Shown: positions 8,995 through 19,458, counted from the first letter of the stretch. The stretch is DNA of 64,000 nucleotides from a virus (IMGVR_UViG_3300048606_000186:14844-78843), one strand, 5' to 3'. Translations and numbers: made by a program. The notes: generated by a model not told the origin, from the letters alone.

Positions 8995-11900
8995 CCCAGA
9001 AAACGATCGGCGGCCTTGGCGCGATCACGCCCGACTCGGCAACACTGCTCGAGGGCGAGAAGGGTGGCGTCAGCGGCAAGTTCACCGCCGAGGCACTCGC
9101 AGCCGCGCTGTTCCCGAGCGGACTGCCCGACATCGGCCCGCTCGGCATCGACATCACCGCCCTGGAGGAAGGGCTCGCCCTCCTCGTCGAAACCTACGGC
9201 ACGACCTTGTCGGCGGCCGATTATGCCGACGCGGCGGAAACCGCGCGCGGGGCGGCTGTTTACGCCAGGGGTCAGGCAGAAACGCTCGCCTCGTCGGCCA
9301 TGACCTATCGTGACGCGGCCGAAGCGGCGGCGCAGGACGCGATCGACCAAATCAATTTCCTCGGCGACGACGGACTGATCAGCCGAATCGAGAAGATCGC
9401 GGTCCTGCTCCCGCAGAACACCCGGCTTGCCGCCAATTACGACCGCCTCTCAGACCTCGCGGTCGCGTTCGGCGTGGTCACCGAGCTCGATACCGCCGAC
9501 ACCGCATGGGCGGCATGGGAAGTGTTTCGCGACACCGCCATCATCCCCGACTGGGACGACGACACCACCGCCAGCGCTGTCGTGCGCGACAATCTGCGTG
9601 ATGTACTCCAAGACCTGGACGACGCTCTCGATGCGTTGAGCGACGCGATTCACGAAGCCGAGGTCGTGCTGCTCGCCGGCCTCAACAGCGCGCTCGCCTA
9701 TGTTTTCAAGCGCTCGGCTTCGGCGCCGACACTGCCGAGCGCGACAGTGACCTACACCTTCGCGACCGGCGGGACGACCGGGCTCAACAACGGCTGGACC
9801 GCATCGGTGCCGGCGCCGGACGGCAACCCGCTCTATGTCAGCGTCGCCGTCGCGAGCGGCACCGGCGCGACCGACACCATCGCAAGCGGAGAATGGGCGA
9901 GCGCCGTCATCATGGCCCAGGACGGTGCGACTGGCTCGACCGGTTCGACCGGCGCGGCCGGCAGCAGCGCGGCGACGGTCTTCCTCTACCAACGCGCAGC
10001 GTCCGCGCCCTCGGTGCCCGGGTCAACGACCACGTATACCTTCGCAACCGGCGTGCTGAGCGGCACGCTTGGCAGCTGGTCCCAATCGGTGCCAAGCGGT
10101 TCGAATCCGCTCTACGTTACGACGGCGGCGGCGCTTGGCACCGGATCGACCGACACGATCGCGACCGGCGAGTGGGCGACGCCCTCGATCCTCGCCCAGG
10201 ACGGGGCTACCGGTGCGACTGGATCAACAGGCGCCACGGGTGCCGCTGGCCTCAACAACGCGCTGGTCTACATCTTCCAGCGTTCTGTCTCTACACCAAG
10301 CCTGCCCAGCGCGACCACAACGTACACGTTCGCGACCGGGGTCCTTACCGGACTCAATAACGGATGGACACAGGCCGTGCCCGCTGGATCGAATCCGCTC
10401 TATGTGAGCGTCGCAACGGCCAGTGCGAACACCAGCACCGACACGATCGGCTCCGGTGAGTGGGTCACGGCTGCGGTCATGGCCCAAGATGGCGCAACCG
10501 GGGCCACCGGCTCGACGGGTGCTGCGGGAAACAGCGTCGCCACCGTCTACCTCTACAAGCGTTCCGTCTCGGCCCCGTCGGTCCCGGCCGGAACGCTGAC
10601 CTTCACGTTCGCCACGGGCGTCCTCGCCAGCATCACCGGCGCCTGGACGCAATCGATCCCAGGAGGATCGGACCCGCTTTACGTGACAACGGCGACGGCG
10701 CTCGGTTCGGGCGCCACCGATACCATCGCGACCGGAGAATGGGCGACACCCACGATCATGGCGCAGGATGGGGCCACCGGCTCGACCGGCTCGACCGGCA
10801 GCACGGGCGCAACCGGGCTCAGCAACGCTTTGGTCATGGTATTCCAGCGCGCATCGAGCACCCCCTCGCTGCCCTCCGCGACGACGACCTATACATTCGC
10901 GACGGGCGCCCTGACGGGGCTCAACAATGGCTGGACTCAGGCGGTGCCGGCGGTCAACGGCAACCCGCTCTACGTCACCGTCGCAACCGCAAGTTCAAAC
11001 ACGGCCACCGACACTATCGCATCCGGTGAGTGGGCGAGCGCCGTCATTCAGGTCCAGGACGGCGCGACCGGATCGACCGGCAGCACCGGATCCACGGGCG
11101 CCGCCGGAGCCAACGTGGCGACCGTCTATCTCTTCATTCGGTCCGCGTCCGCTCCTTCGGTGCCAGCCGGCACCCTCACCTATACCTTCTCGACCGGCGT
11201 GCTCGCGAGCATCACCGGCGGTTGGACGCAGACTGTACCGGCTGGGTCGAACCCGCTTTACGTTTCAACCGCGACGGCCTTCGGGACCGGATCGACCGAT
11301 ACGATTCTGACGTCCGAATGGGCGACACCCACGATCATGGCGCAGGACGGGGCTACCGGTGCCACCGGCTCGACCGGCTCGACTGGCTCGACCGGTGCCG
11401 CTGGCAGCAACAACGCCGTCGTGCTGCTCTACAAGCGCGGCACCTCGGCGCCGACACTGCCGAGTGGCAGCGCCGCGACATTTACCTTTGCCACTGGGGC
11501 CGTGTCTGGTGGCACGCTGAACGGATGGACGACCGCGATCCCCGCCGCCGATGGGAATCCGCTGTGGGTCACCGCGCAGGCGGTCAGCTCCACCGGATCG
11601 ACGGCCTCGCTTCCGATCGCGAGCTGGGCCGCGGCCGTCATCATGGAGGGTGCCGGGCTCAACACCGCGACCGTGGCGCTCTTTCAGCGGGCCACGACCA
11701 ACTCGGCCCCAGCCGTTCCCTCCGGCACGCTGACTTACACCTTCTCGACCGGCGTGCTCGCGAGCATCACCGGCGGGTGGGCCCAAGCCGATCCGGGGCC
11801 GACCGCCGGCGCCTGGCTGTTCGTCACACAGGCGCTTGCGCTCAGCACCGGCACGACGGACACGATCGCGACCGGAGAATGGTCGACGCCAAGGCTGACG

Positions 11901-13505
11901 TCTCGCGTATCGATCGACCGACAGATCCTGGGCTTCGATGAAAAACGGCCGCTCCTGGTCGATCTCGCGAACCTCGGCGCCCGTTACACGCTCCTGGTCG
12001 CCAGAGCGACGGCGTTGGGGCTCAGCACGACCGCGACGACGACCGCCCGAACCGAATATCTCACCTATCTCGGGGCGCTCTCCCCGGTCTATGATGACGT
12101 CGTTCAGGACACGCGCCTGGCAACCACGGCGCTGACGGCGGGCACCTATCCAACCGGATGGACCGATGTCGGCTTCACCCCTGCCGCGTCCGGCATCTAT
12201 TACACGCTGACGGACAATGATGCTGGCGCCCACGAATATACACTTCAGTATTTCAATACCACCGCCAGCCAGACCTATACCGCCGCCGTGGTGGTCAAGA
12301 AGGACGCGGTTGCGGCAACGACGCGCGTGGCCGGCCTCCGCTTCATCAATGGAAATGGCACCTCGCGCTACGCTGATTTCACCTTCGACACTTCGAACGG
12401 CACCGTCTACATTATCGGGCCGCAGCATTCCGCCTACGGCTGCGTATCGCTGAACGACACCGAGTGGTTGATCTGGGTCTCGGTGCTGCTGAACGCCGAC
12501 AACACACAGTTCATTATGCAGATATTCCCGGCATACGGGACCAATGCGGGCAGTGCTGTCTCCGCTCAGGGATCGATCGACATTCGCGATCCGATCGTCG
12601 TCCTGGGCAATTCCGACAAGCTCGGCCGGGACGCGCTGAACTATCGCCGCAAAAACTACGAAGCCGCCCTCGAAACTTTGGCTAAGTCGATCAGTGAAGG
12701 GGACGTGGTCGCGGGCAGCGCTGCGCTAACCGGACTCGGCGAAATCATCATTCGCTACGACAGCACCGGGGCGGCCCAGACCGGAGAATTGACCCGGTCC
12801 GAAATCTACCGGCTGCTGAAGGGCGGCACGGCTGTGACCACCGGCCTTACCTGGTCCTACACGGTCATCTCGGGGACGGTAAACGGGTTCACCAGCGCAT
12901 CCGGAGCTCAGACAATCAGCGGTTCGGGCAGCGCGATCTTTGCCGTCGCCACGTTGGCGACGGCCGAGGCCGTGGTGCAGATCAAGGTGGTCGATGCCAG
13001 CGGCGTGACCTATGCCAAGACGGTCAGGGTCGCGCGCTTGACGTCCGATGCGCCAACCAGTGGCAGTACCGGCGGTGGCACGGCGGCGAGCGCCAGTTCT
13101 TTCTCGAGCTTCACCGCATCCACCATGGCTTCGGTCATGGCGACGCCGACCGAGTTCGTGGTCACGGTCGGAGGTACATCGGTCGCTCTCACCGCCTCGC
13201 TGAGCGTCATGCACAACGGCTCCTCGGCGACCGTCTCCGAATCATATGCGATCTTCCAGTGGTGGAACGGGGCGGCGTGGGCCGACGTCGGCACCGAAAC
13301 CGCTTCCAACCCCGATGCCACGCGCGTCCAGTTGTTCGAGCCGACCACATGGGCGAACGAAACCTACGGTCAAATCAACATCAGCACTTCGAAGACGGGC
13401 CTCACGGCGGCTACCTCCAATCGTTTCCGCTTGATGATGCGGCGCGCTTCGGGCGCGGTCGCGGCCACTTACTCACCGACCGGGACAGCGGGGGCGCAGG
13501 GATGA
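8991..13505 (+). CDS. Long tail fibre-like protein with 8 tandem beta-rich domains and collagen-like linkers
   Basis: 1504 aa Thr/Ala/Gly-rich; repeats read directly; within tail operon. Confidence 0.8.
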   Translation: MTQKTIGGLGAITPDSATLLEGEKGGVSGKFTAEALAAALFPSGLPDIGPLGIDITALEEGLALLVETYGTTLSAADYADAAETARGAAVYARGQAETLASSAMTYRDAAEAAAQDAIDQINFLGDDGLISRIEKIAVLLPQNTRLAANYDRLSDLAVAFGVVTELDTADTAWAAWEVFRDTAIIPDWDDDTTASAVVRDNLRDVLQDLDDALDALSDAIHEAEVVLLAGLNSALAYVFKRSASAPTLPSATVTYTFATGGTTGLNNGWTASVPAPDGNPLYVSVAVASGTGATDTIASGEWASAVIMAQDGATGSTGSTGAAGSSAATVFLYQRAASAPSVPGSTTTYTFATGVLSGTLGSWSQSVPSGSNPLYVTTAAALGTGSTDTIATGEWATPSILAQDGATGATGSTGATGAAGLNNALVYIFQRSVSTPSLPSATTTYTFATGVLTGLNNGWTQAVPAGSNPLYVSVATASANTSTDTIGSGEWVTAAVMAQDGATGATGSTGAAGNSVATVYLYKRSVSAPSVPAGTLTFTFATGVLASITGAWTQSIPGGSDPLYVTTATALGSGATDTIATGEWATPTIMAQDGATGSTGSTGSTGATGLSNALVMVFQRASSTPSLPSATTTYTFATGALTGLNNGWTQAVPAVNGNPLYVTVATASSNTATDTIASGEWASAVIQVQDGATGSTGSTGSTGAAGANVATVYLFIRSASAPSVPAGTLTYTFSTGVLASITGGWTQTVPAGSNPLYVSTATAFGTGSTDTILTSEWATPTIMAQDGATGATGSTGSTGSTGAAGSNNAVVLLYKRGTSAPTLPSGSAATFTFATGAVSGGTLNGWTTAIPAADGNPLWVTAQAVSSTGSTASLPIASWAAAVIMEGAGLNTATVALFQRATTNSAPAVPSGTLTYTFSTGVLASITGGWAQADPGPTAGAWLFVTQALALSTGTTDTIATGEWSTPRLTSRVSIDRQILGFDEKRPLLVDLANLGARYTLLVARATALGLSTTATTTARTEYLTYLGALSPVYDDVVQDTRLATTALTAGTYPTGWTDVGFTPAASGIYYTLTDNDAGAHEYTLQYFNTTASQTYTAAVVVKKDAVAATTRVAGLRFINGNGTSRYADFTFDTSNGTVYIIGPQHSAYGCVSLNDTEWLIWVSVLLNADNTQFIMQIFPAYGTNAGSAVSAQGSIDIRDPIVVLGNSDKLGRDALNYRRKNYEAALETLAKSISEGDVVAGSAALTGLGEIIIRYDSTGAAQTGELTRSEIYRLLKGGTAVTTGLTWSYTVISGTVNGFTSASGAQTISGSGSAIFAVATLATAEAVVQIKVVDASGVTYAKTVRVARLTSDAPTSGSTGGGTAASASSFSSFTASTMASVMATPTEFVVTVGGTSVALTASLSVMHNGSSATVSESYAIFQWWNGAAWADVGTETASNPDATRVQLFEPTTWANETYGQINISTSKTGLTAATSNRFRLMMRRASGAVAATYSPTGTAGAQG
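9681..11905 (+). repeat. Eight ~75-80 aa tandem domains (consensus vfLyqRa.saPsvPs.t.TyTFaTGvl.g..ggWtq.vP.gsnPLyV..a.A.gtgstDTIa.gEWa.p.i.aQDG) with (G-X-Y)n linkers
   Basis: Translated units counted by eye; odd and even units form two subtypes. Confidence 0.9.
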
Positions 13506-13831
13506 GTCGGGCCGAGGAGCGTGCACGGGAGCAGTGGTTCAAGGATGCCGATCAGGTGCGGTTTGTGCCTGTCGGGCGCCTGCCCGAGGAGGTGGGCGTC
13601 GATACGCGAATGGCGGTCGAGTTGCCGCGCGAGCCTCTGTTTGGCGAGAGGGCGTTGGGGAGCGGACGATTGTTCATGCACTCCGACGTTCGCGCGCAAC
13701 GCTTCGCCGATGCCAGTCGCCGTAGCGGAAACTGGCACGCGGAAATCGAGCGGAGACTGGCCACGCTGGAGCGGCTTTTCGCTGCGGCCGGCGATCAGGA
13801 AACGGCGGCACCAACGAATGAAGGAGACTGA
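13502..13831 (+). CDS. Hypothetical protein, possible fibre chaperone
   Basis: ATG overlaps fibre stop (ATGA); 109 aa with C-terminal coiled-coil-like IERRLATLE. Confidence 0.5.
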   Translation: MSRAEERAREQWFKDADQVRFVPVGRLPEEVGVDTRMAVELPREPLFGERALGSGRLFMHSDVRAQRFADASRRSGNWHAEIERRLATLERLFAAAGDQETAAPTNEGD

Positions 13832-13833
13832 GC

Positions 13834-14154
13834 ATGGCGAAGATAATCAAGCAGCGGGCAACGCTCGACGAGCTGGCCCGCGGCCTGAATGCGGCGGCCC
13901 GCGACTATGCTGGGCGTGAGTTCCGCCATTATGGCGGCGGTGTCTATCGCGTGATCGATGTCGCGCTCGACAGCGAGACGCTCCGCCTCGTCGTCTTCTA
14001 CGAGAGCATCCCGCTGGTGACCGATGACAGCCAGCGCGCGCCGGTCCGCTTCACCTGCCCGCTGCGGCGCTTCAATGCCCTGGTCGCCGATCCGAAGGAT
14101 GCCACGAAGCGCTGCCCTCGTTTCGTCGTCGCGGCGGGGAGCAGGCGCCGTTGA
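13834..14154 (+). CDS. DUF1653-family protein
   Basis: RHY.GGVYRV..VALDSET....VFYE...RP/PL..F...V pattern; GGAG SD. Confidence 0.7.
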   Translation: MAKIIKQRATLDELARGLNAAARDYAGREFRHYGGGVYRVIDVALDSETLRLVVFYESIPLVTDDSQRAPVRFTCPLRRFNALVADPKDATKRCPRFVVAAGSRRR

Positions 14155-14160
14155 CCCGGC

Positions 14161-14205
14161 TTGCCAACCGAACGAATCGCGCGTAGGCTCATGTTTAACA
14201 TGAAA
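14161..14205 (+). promoter_or_regulatory. Putative sigma70 promoter (TTGCCA-17-TAGGCT) followed by operator-like site GCTCATGTTTAACATGAAA (14187-14205)
   Basis: Core TCATGTT-T-AACATGA is a perfect inverted repeat; upstream of tail-tip genes. Confidence 0.65.
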
Positions 14206-14234
14206 TACATGCCACCTTCCAAAGGCACGGCCCG

Positions 14235-15137
14235 ATGAGCTTCGCGGCACGCGAAGTCAGCGCGGACCTGGGGTCACCGATTCGGCTTTACCTGTTTCGC
14301 TACGGCGCGCCGGCCGGCGCGGTGATCGCTTATACCGATTTCGAACGCGCGATCGACTTCGACAATGGCGAGCTCGACGAGGATGACGACCCGATCGGAC
14401 CGGTCACTTATCAACCGATCGCGATCGAGCAGGACGAAATCAAGGCGGACGGGAAGCTGACCCGCAATTCGACCGAGATCCGCACCTCCGACGACACCGC
14501 GCTCGCCGACCTTTTCCGCCTTTATCCGCCCAGTCGCGTGGTCACGGTGGCGGTTTATGCGGGGCACGACGGCGATCCCGACGAGCAATTCCTGCTGGAC
14601 TATTCAGGCCGCGTGGTCGGCTTCAGCACCGACCTAGACGATGTCGCCCACTTCACCTGCGAGCCGATCTCGACCTCCATGGCGCGCGCGGGCCTTCGCC
14701 GCCGCTGGCAGTTCGGCTGTCCGCACGTCCTCTATTCGCAAGGGCCCCGCAAATGCAACGCTAACAAAGCGGCGGCGACCGAAACCCATATCGTGCTTGG
14801 CGTCGATGGCGCTCTGATCGGACTTGCCGAGGACTGGAGCGATCGCCGCGAGAAGTTCGAAGGTGGCCTGGCCGAATGGACGCTCGATTCCGGAGTGAAA
14901 GAGGTGCGCACGATCATCCGCTGCGACGAGGATGGCACGGTCGTCCTGTCCGGCGCGGCGACCGGGCTCGACAGTGGCGATGGGGTCGATCTGGTGCTTG
15001 GCTGCAACCACAAATCCGGGGTCGGGCCGCAGCCGGATGGCGATTGCCTGGCGCTCCACGACAATGTGCTGAATTTCGGCGGGCAGATGTTCATTCCGAC
15101 CAAGAACCCGGTCGGGCTCGTAAACAATTATTGGTGA
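14235..15137 (+). CDS. Tail tip assembly protein, BR0599/DUF2163 family
   Basis: CPHVLY....C, GCNH....C...HDN..NFGG..FIP..NP C-terminal Fe-S/Cys motif. Confidence 0.85.
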   Translation: MSFAAREVSADLGSPIRLYLFRYGAPAGAVIAYTDFERAIDFDNGELDEDDDPIGPVTYQPIAIEQDEIKADGKLTRNSTEIRTSDDTALADLFRLYPPSRVVTVAVYAGHDGDPDEQFLLDYSGRVVGFSTDLDDVAHFTCEPISTSMARAGLRRRWQFGCPHVLYSQGPRKCNANKAAATETHIVLGVDGALIGLAEDWSDRREKFEGGLAEWTLDSGVKEVRTIIRCDEDGTVVLSGAATGLDSGDGVDLVLGCNHKSGVGPQPDGDCLALHDNVLNFGGQMFIPTKNPVGLVNNYW

Positions 15138-15144
15138 GCCGGTC

Positions 15145-15375
15145 ATGATCAACTTCCTTATCCAGGCGGCCATCATGATCGCGATCATGGTGCTCTCGTA
15201 TGTGCTCGCGCCCAAGCCCAAGAAGCCGAAGCCGGCCGAGCTCAAGGACCTGGAAAACCCGACCGCAGAAGCCGGACGCCCGATCAAGAAGTTCTGGGGA
15301 ACGCTGACGATCAACGACCCGAACATTCTGTGGTTCGGCGACAAATCGATGCGCGATTACGAGGTGAATGCATGA
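15145..15375 (+). CDS. Small tail assembly protein
   Basis: N-terminal hydrophobic helix; PTAEAGRPI...WGT motif typical after BR0599. Confidence 0.75.
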   Translation: MINFLIQAAIMIAIMVLSYVLAPKPKKPKPAELKDLENPTAEAGRPIKKFWGTLTINDPNILWFGDKSMRDYEVNA

Positions 15376-15617
15376 CCGACGACGAACGCCTCGCCGCCGC
15401 CGATCTGCCCGCAACGCTCGTCACGCTCGGCGACTGCCGCAAGGCGGGCTATTGCGCGGCGGGCGTGCAGCGCTGGTGGCCGCGCCAGGCGATGCCGGTC
15501 GGCTTCAACGCCTTCGTCCGCGACGGGCTGAGCGCCGACGTCTTCATGGCAGGCGGGGACGCGCTCGCCAGGCGCACCGTGATCCGCAAGCTCGAGCGCG
15601 AGGCCGACCATGGGTAA
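15372..15617 (+). CDS. Small tail assembly protein
   Basis: ATGA overlap; D.RKAGYC..GV.RW...F..F...G.....A..GDALA motif. Confidence 0.7.
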   Translation: MTDDERLAAADLPATLVTLGDCRKAGYCAAGVQRWWPRQAMPVGFNAFVRDGLSADVFMAGGDALARRTVIRKLEREADHG

Positions 15618-18048
15618 AAGCGGCGGCGCAGCAAAGCAGCAGGTCACCGAGTTCCGGATGTCGATTCACTACGGCATCTCGTGGGAGTTCGATGGCCTGA
15701 CCAAGATCACGCTGGGCGACAAGGTGGCGTGGGAGGGCGACGTCACCACGCCGACGGCGATCTCGATCAACAAGCCCGATCTGTTCGGCGGCGTCAAGAA
15801 GGAAGGCGGCGCGGTCGGCGTCGCTTACTTCCTGCCCGGGAGAGCCGATCAGGTCATGCCGGCGCTGCTGGCCGCGCGCCTCGGCCTGACGTCGGAAACC
15901 TGCCCCGCCTACCGCGGCATCGGCAGCGTCTTCTTCGTCGGCTCCCCCCAATCGAACACGCTGACCGGACTGCCCGGCGCGCTCGCCGGTGAAATCCTGA
16001 CGACCAGTGGCAACCTTCAGGGCGGCTTTTACTGGACGGCCAACTCCCCGTTCCTTCAGCCAGCATCGTTCACCGGCTATTGCGCCCCGATCGGCCTTGA
16101 TCCCGACTATGCGATGATCGGTCCGGACGCCAACCCCGCCGGCGTCATCTACGAATGCCTGACCGACAGGGACTTCGGCATGGGTGCCCCCGCCTGGCAG
16201 TTCAATACGCCGATGTGGGAGGCGATCGCCGCGCAGCTCTTCAACGAGGGATTCGGTCTCAGCCTTGGCTGGAACGCGCAGATGGAGATCGAGGCGTTCG
16301 TCTCTGAAATACTCGACCATATTCAGGCGACTTTTTACGTCAATCCGAACACCGGCCTGATGGAGTTGAAGCTGTGGCGCGACGATTACGACATCGGCGA
16401 TCTGCGCACGATCCATGCCGGCAATTCGAAGCTCTACAGCTTCCAGCGCAAGCTCTGGGGGCAGGTGGCCAACGAAATCGTCGTCAGCTGGACCAATCCG
16501 GTCAACGAGCAGGAGGAAACGGTCAGCGCCCAGATGCTCGGCGCGATCGCCGCGCAGGGCGACGTCGCCAGCGACAGCCGCAACTATTACGGCATCCGCA
16601 ACGCGCTGCTCGCAATGGACGTCGCCGAGCGGGACGTCCGCTCCAGTTCGGCGCCGCTCGCGGCCGGCGAATCCCATCTCGACCGCAGCTTCTGGAACGT
16701 GCTGCCGGGCGAACTGCTGATCGCCAACTATCCCGAGAAGGGGGTGAACAATATCGTCGTGCGCGTGCTGACCGCCGAGCGCGGCCGCAAGGGCGATCCC
16801 GCGATCAAGGTCAGCTGGATGGAAGACGTCTTCTCGCTGACCCGCAAGAGCGCCACGATACCGCCCGGCACCGGCTGGGACGGCGCCGCCGAGGAGCCGG
16901 CGCCGATGGACGCCGCCGCCGTCTTCACGTTGCCGGCGTTCATCGCGCTGCAGCAGATCGGACCGCGCGCCGCCGATCTCGCCTATCCCGAGGTCGTCGC
17001 CGGACTGCTTTGCCACCGCGACGGTCAGGACACGATCGCCTACAATCTCTACGCCGAGCAGGCGGCCGCCAACGGCGAGATGTGGTGGACCGATCTCGGC
17101 GTCAAATCGGTGCTTGGTCGAGCCTTCTTCGCCACGCCGCTCTATCAGGAAGCGGTCAGCGAGGTCGCCGGCCTGCCATTGATCGAACGCAACCGGGGGC
17201 CCCGCGTCGGCGGCTTCGCGTTCATCGGCGACGGATCCGACACAGGCACCGAGATCGCGCTGATCGATTCACTCGACGACGATACCGGCGTCTGGACGCT
17301 GAAGCGCGGCGTCCTCGATACGGTGCCGCGCCCCTGGCCGATCGACACGCCGGTGTGGTTCGTACCGCCCGAGGCGGTGATCGCGGACACTGTCGACATC
17401 CGCGCCGCAGGCGAAGAACCTGAATATAAGATGCTCACCCGAACCAGCCTCGGGCAGCTACCGATCGACGAGGCCCCGCTGATCAGCGGAACGATGAGCG
17501 CGCGACCCCATTTGCCGTTGCGGCCGGCCAATATCACGATCAACGGCATCGGCTTCGGCGAGATCGACGCGACCGGCGCGACCGACATCGAGGTGACCTG
17601 GGCGAATCGTAACCGTCTGTTCGAGGACGGCCAGGCGGTCGCGTGGGATGAAGCCGACGTCGCCGGCGAATATCTTCAGGAGACGCTGATCAGCGTCTAC
17701 CGGGAGGACGGCAGCCCGTTCTTCCAGGTCCGCGGCCTGTGGACCGAAACCGATTACACCATCCCGCTCGCCTGGGTCGAGGAGGAAACCCGCATCTTCA
17801 TCCGTGTGTCGTCGGAGCGGCAGGGGCTCGGCTCGCTCCAGTCCTATGGGCTGTGGGTGGACGATCTGCCCGCAGTGGCGCTGCCATCGCCGCCGCCCGA
17901 CAGCCCGGTCATCGTCGGCGATGCGCCCGATGCGCCGGACCCCGACCCCGATCCAACGCCGCCGCCGCTCGGTGATCCGGATCCGGCGCCACCTCCTGTG
18001 CCCGGGGGCGGAGGTGGCGGTTACGAGTGGCAGGTGGCGTCGAGCTGA
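15610..18048 (+). CDS. Central tail tip / host-specificity protein
   Basis: 812 aa; ANPA.VIYECLTD..FGMG, GLSL.W, LKRG.LDT.P motifs; Pro/Asp-rich C-terminus. Confidence 0.85.
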   Translation: MGKSGGAAKQQVTEFRMSIHYGISWEFDGLTKITLGDKVAWEGDVTTPTAISINKPDLFGGVKKEGGAVGVAYFLPGRADQVMPALLAARLGLTSETCPAYRGIGSVFFVGSPQSNTLTGLPGALAGEILTTSGNLQGGFYWTANSPFLQPASFTGYCAPIGLDPDYAMIGPDANPAGVIYECLTDRDFGMGAPAWQFNTPMWEAIAAQLFNEGFGLSLGWNAQMEIEAFVSEILDHIQATFYVNPNTGLMELKLWRDDYDIGDLRTIHAGNSKLYSFQRKLWGQVANEIVVSWTNPVNEQEETVSAQMLGAIAAQGDVASDSRNYYGIRNALLAMDVAERDVRSSSAPLAAGESHLDRSFWNVLPGELLIANYPEKGVNNIVVRVLTAERGRKGDPAIKVSWMEDVFSLTRKSATIPPGTGWDGAAEEPAPMDAAAVFTLPAFIALQQIGPRAADLAYPEVVAGLLCHRDGQDTIAYNLYAEQAAANGEMWWTDLGVKSVLGRAFFATPLYQEAVSEVAGLPLIERNRGPRVGGFAFIGDGSDTGTEIALIDSLDDDTGVWTLKRGVLDTVPRPWPIDTPVWFVPPEAVIADTVDIRAAGEEPEYKMLTRTSLGQLPIDEAPLISGTMSARPHLPLRPANITINGIGFGEIDATGATDIEVTWANRNRLFEDGQAVAWDEADVAGEYLQETLISVYREDGSPFFQVRGLWTETDYTIPLAWVEEETRIFIRVSSERQGLGSLQSYGLWVDDLPAVALPSPPPDSPVIVGDAPDAPDPDPDPTPPPLGDPDPAPPPVPGGGGGGYEWQVASS

Positions 18049-18125
18049 CGGATGCCGGCTTATTGACGACCCCGTGATCGCTGCCGAGGCCAAGCGGTTC
18101 AGATCAACAATGAACCGAATGCCGA

Positions 18126-18159
18126 TTGACTTTACCGCTCTTTCATGTTTTACTGGAAA
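18126..18159 (+). promoter_or_regulatory. Putative sigma70 promoter (TTGACT-17-TTTACT) overlapped by best-consensus operator TTTCATGTTTTACTGGAAA (18141-18159)
   Basis: Read directly; upstream of lysis cassette. Confidence 0.7.
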
Positions 18160-18177
18160 TCCAAGCGCGAGGCATGA

Positions 18178-18426
18178 ATGACTCTTTCCCTGATCTCCGA
18201 TTGGAAAAACAGGCTGCTTCGGCTGTGGAGCGTCCGCCTGCTCGCCCTCTCGACGGCATGGACCGCGTTCCTCTGGTCGTCCCCAGACACCGTGATCGCG
18301 GTGCTGACCCAGGTTCCGGTCTGGCTTCGTGTCGCGCTGATCCTTTGCTTCTTCGCGGTGCGTCTCGCCGCCCGCCTGGTGCGCCAGCGAATTCCGGAGG
18401 CGGCCGATGGCGCGGAAACCGCTTAA
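18178..18426 (+). CDS. Holin-like membrane protein
   Basis: 82 aa, two hydrophobic segments, LI.DW...L.LWSVRL motif, first lysis gene. Confidence 0.65.
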   Translation: MTLSLISDWKNRLLRLWSVRLLALSTAWTAFLWSSPDTVIAVLTQVPVWLRVALILCFFAVRLAARLVRQRIPEAADGAETA

Positions 18427-18991
18427 TCCGCAGACCAGTCGGCGCCCCGGCCGCAAATCGCTCGCCTCGATCGGCGTCGGCCTCGTCGCCGCCGCCTTGC
18501 TCTACGTCACCGTTCCCGCCGAGGAAAGCGGGCGCACGGTCGAAGCGACGATCGATCGGGGGCGGGTTGTCGCGGTTCACAAGTCGGGCCCCCAGCACCT
18601 TAAGGCCTATCGCGACATCGTCCGCGTCTGGACCATCTGCGACGGCGACACCCTCGACGTCGCGCCCGGCATGGTCGAAACACCGGAAGGCTGTCGCGAA
18701 CGGCTCGAGGATCAACTGGTCGCCCACGCCGAACCGGTGCTGGCCTGCGTGCCAGCGTTGCGGGCGCCCGAGCGCCAGCACCAGCTCGCCGCCTCGGTCA
18801 GCCTCGCCTACAATATCGGACCCGCGGGTTTCTGCCGCTCCACCGCCGCCCGGTTGTTCAACGCCGGCCGCTGGCGCGACGGCTGCGAGGCATTCCTTCG
18901 CTTCAACAGGGCGGGCGGCCGCGTGATTCGGGGGCTGACTCTGCGCCGTCAGCGCGAACGCTCCATTTGCCTGAGAGGACTCCCGGCATGA
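18407..18991 (+). CDS. Endolysin, GH24 lysozyme with N-terminal SAR-like helix
   Basis: E...AYRDIV.VWTIC.G.T, AYNIG...FCRST, GL..RR..ER..CL motifs. Confidence 0.9.
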   Translation: MARKPLNPQTSRRPGRKSLASIGVGLVAAALLYVTVPAEESGRTVEATIDRGRVVAVHKSGPQHLKAYRDIVRVWTICDGDTLDVAPGMVETPEGCRERLEDQLVAHAEPVLACVPALRAPERQHQLAASVSLAYNIGPAGFCRSTAARLFNAGRWRDGCEAFLRFNRAGGRVIRGLTLRRQRERSICLRGLPA

Positions 18992-19458
18992 ACCCACTCG
19001 CCTATATCCGCAGCGCGGTCGGAATCGCCACCATGCTCGCCATCGTATCGGTTTCCATGTGGGCCTGGCGCGTCAACAGCCTGCGCGCCAACTGGAAAAA
19101 CCAGACCGAGACGATCACGCTGGCGATCGGCAAGGCGGCCGGCACCGAGATCCGGCCGCGCGATGCGGTCGTCACGGTCCAGCGCATCGCCACCGCCCGC
19201 GACGATGCCCGCGCCGACCTCGGCCAGTGCCGAACCAACCGGCAGCACCTCGAGGGCGCGTTAACCAACCAGAATGCAGCGATCGCGGCGTTGCGCGCGG
19301 ATGGCGAACGCCGCGCCGCCGAGCTGGAGCGAGTCGCCATTGCCGCCCGGGCGAGTGGCGCCCGCGCCCAGTCCGACGCCGCGGCGATTATGGCGCGGCG
19401 CCCAGGCGCAGACGCCTGCACCTCGGCCGATACTCTGATCCTGGAGACCGTGCGATGA
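18988..19458 (+). CDS. i-spanin (Rz-like)
   Basis: N-terminal TM, coiled-coil, follows endolysin with ATGA overlap. Confidence 0.7.
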   Translation: MNPLAYIRSAVGIATMLAIVSVSMWAWRVNSLRANWKNQTETITLAIGKAAGTEIRPRDAVVTVQRIATARDDARADLGQCRTNRQHLEGALTNQNAAIAALRADGERRAAELERVAIAARASGARAQSDAAAIMARRPGADACTSADTLILETVR

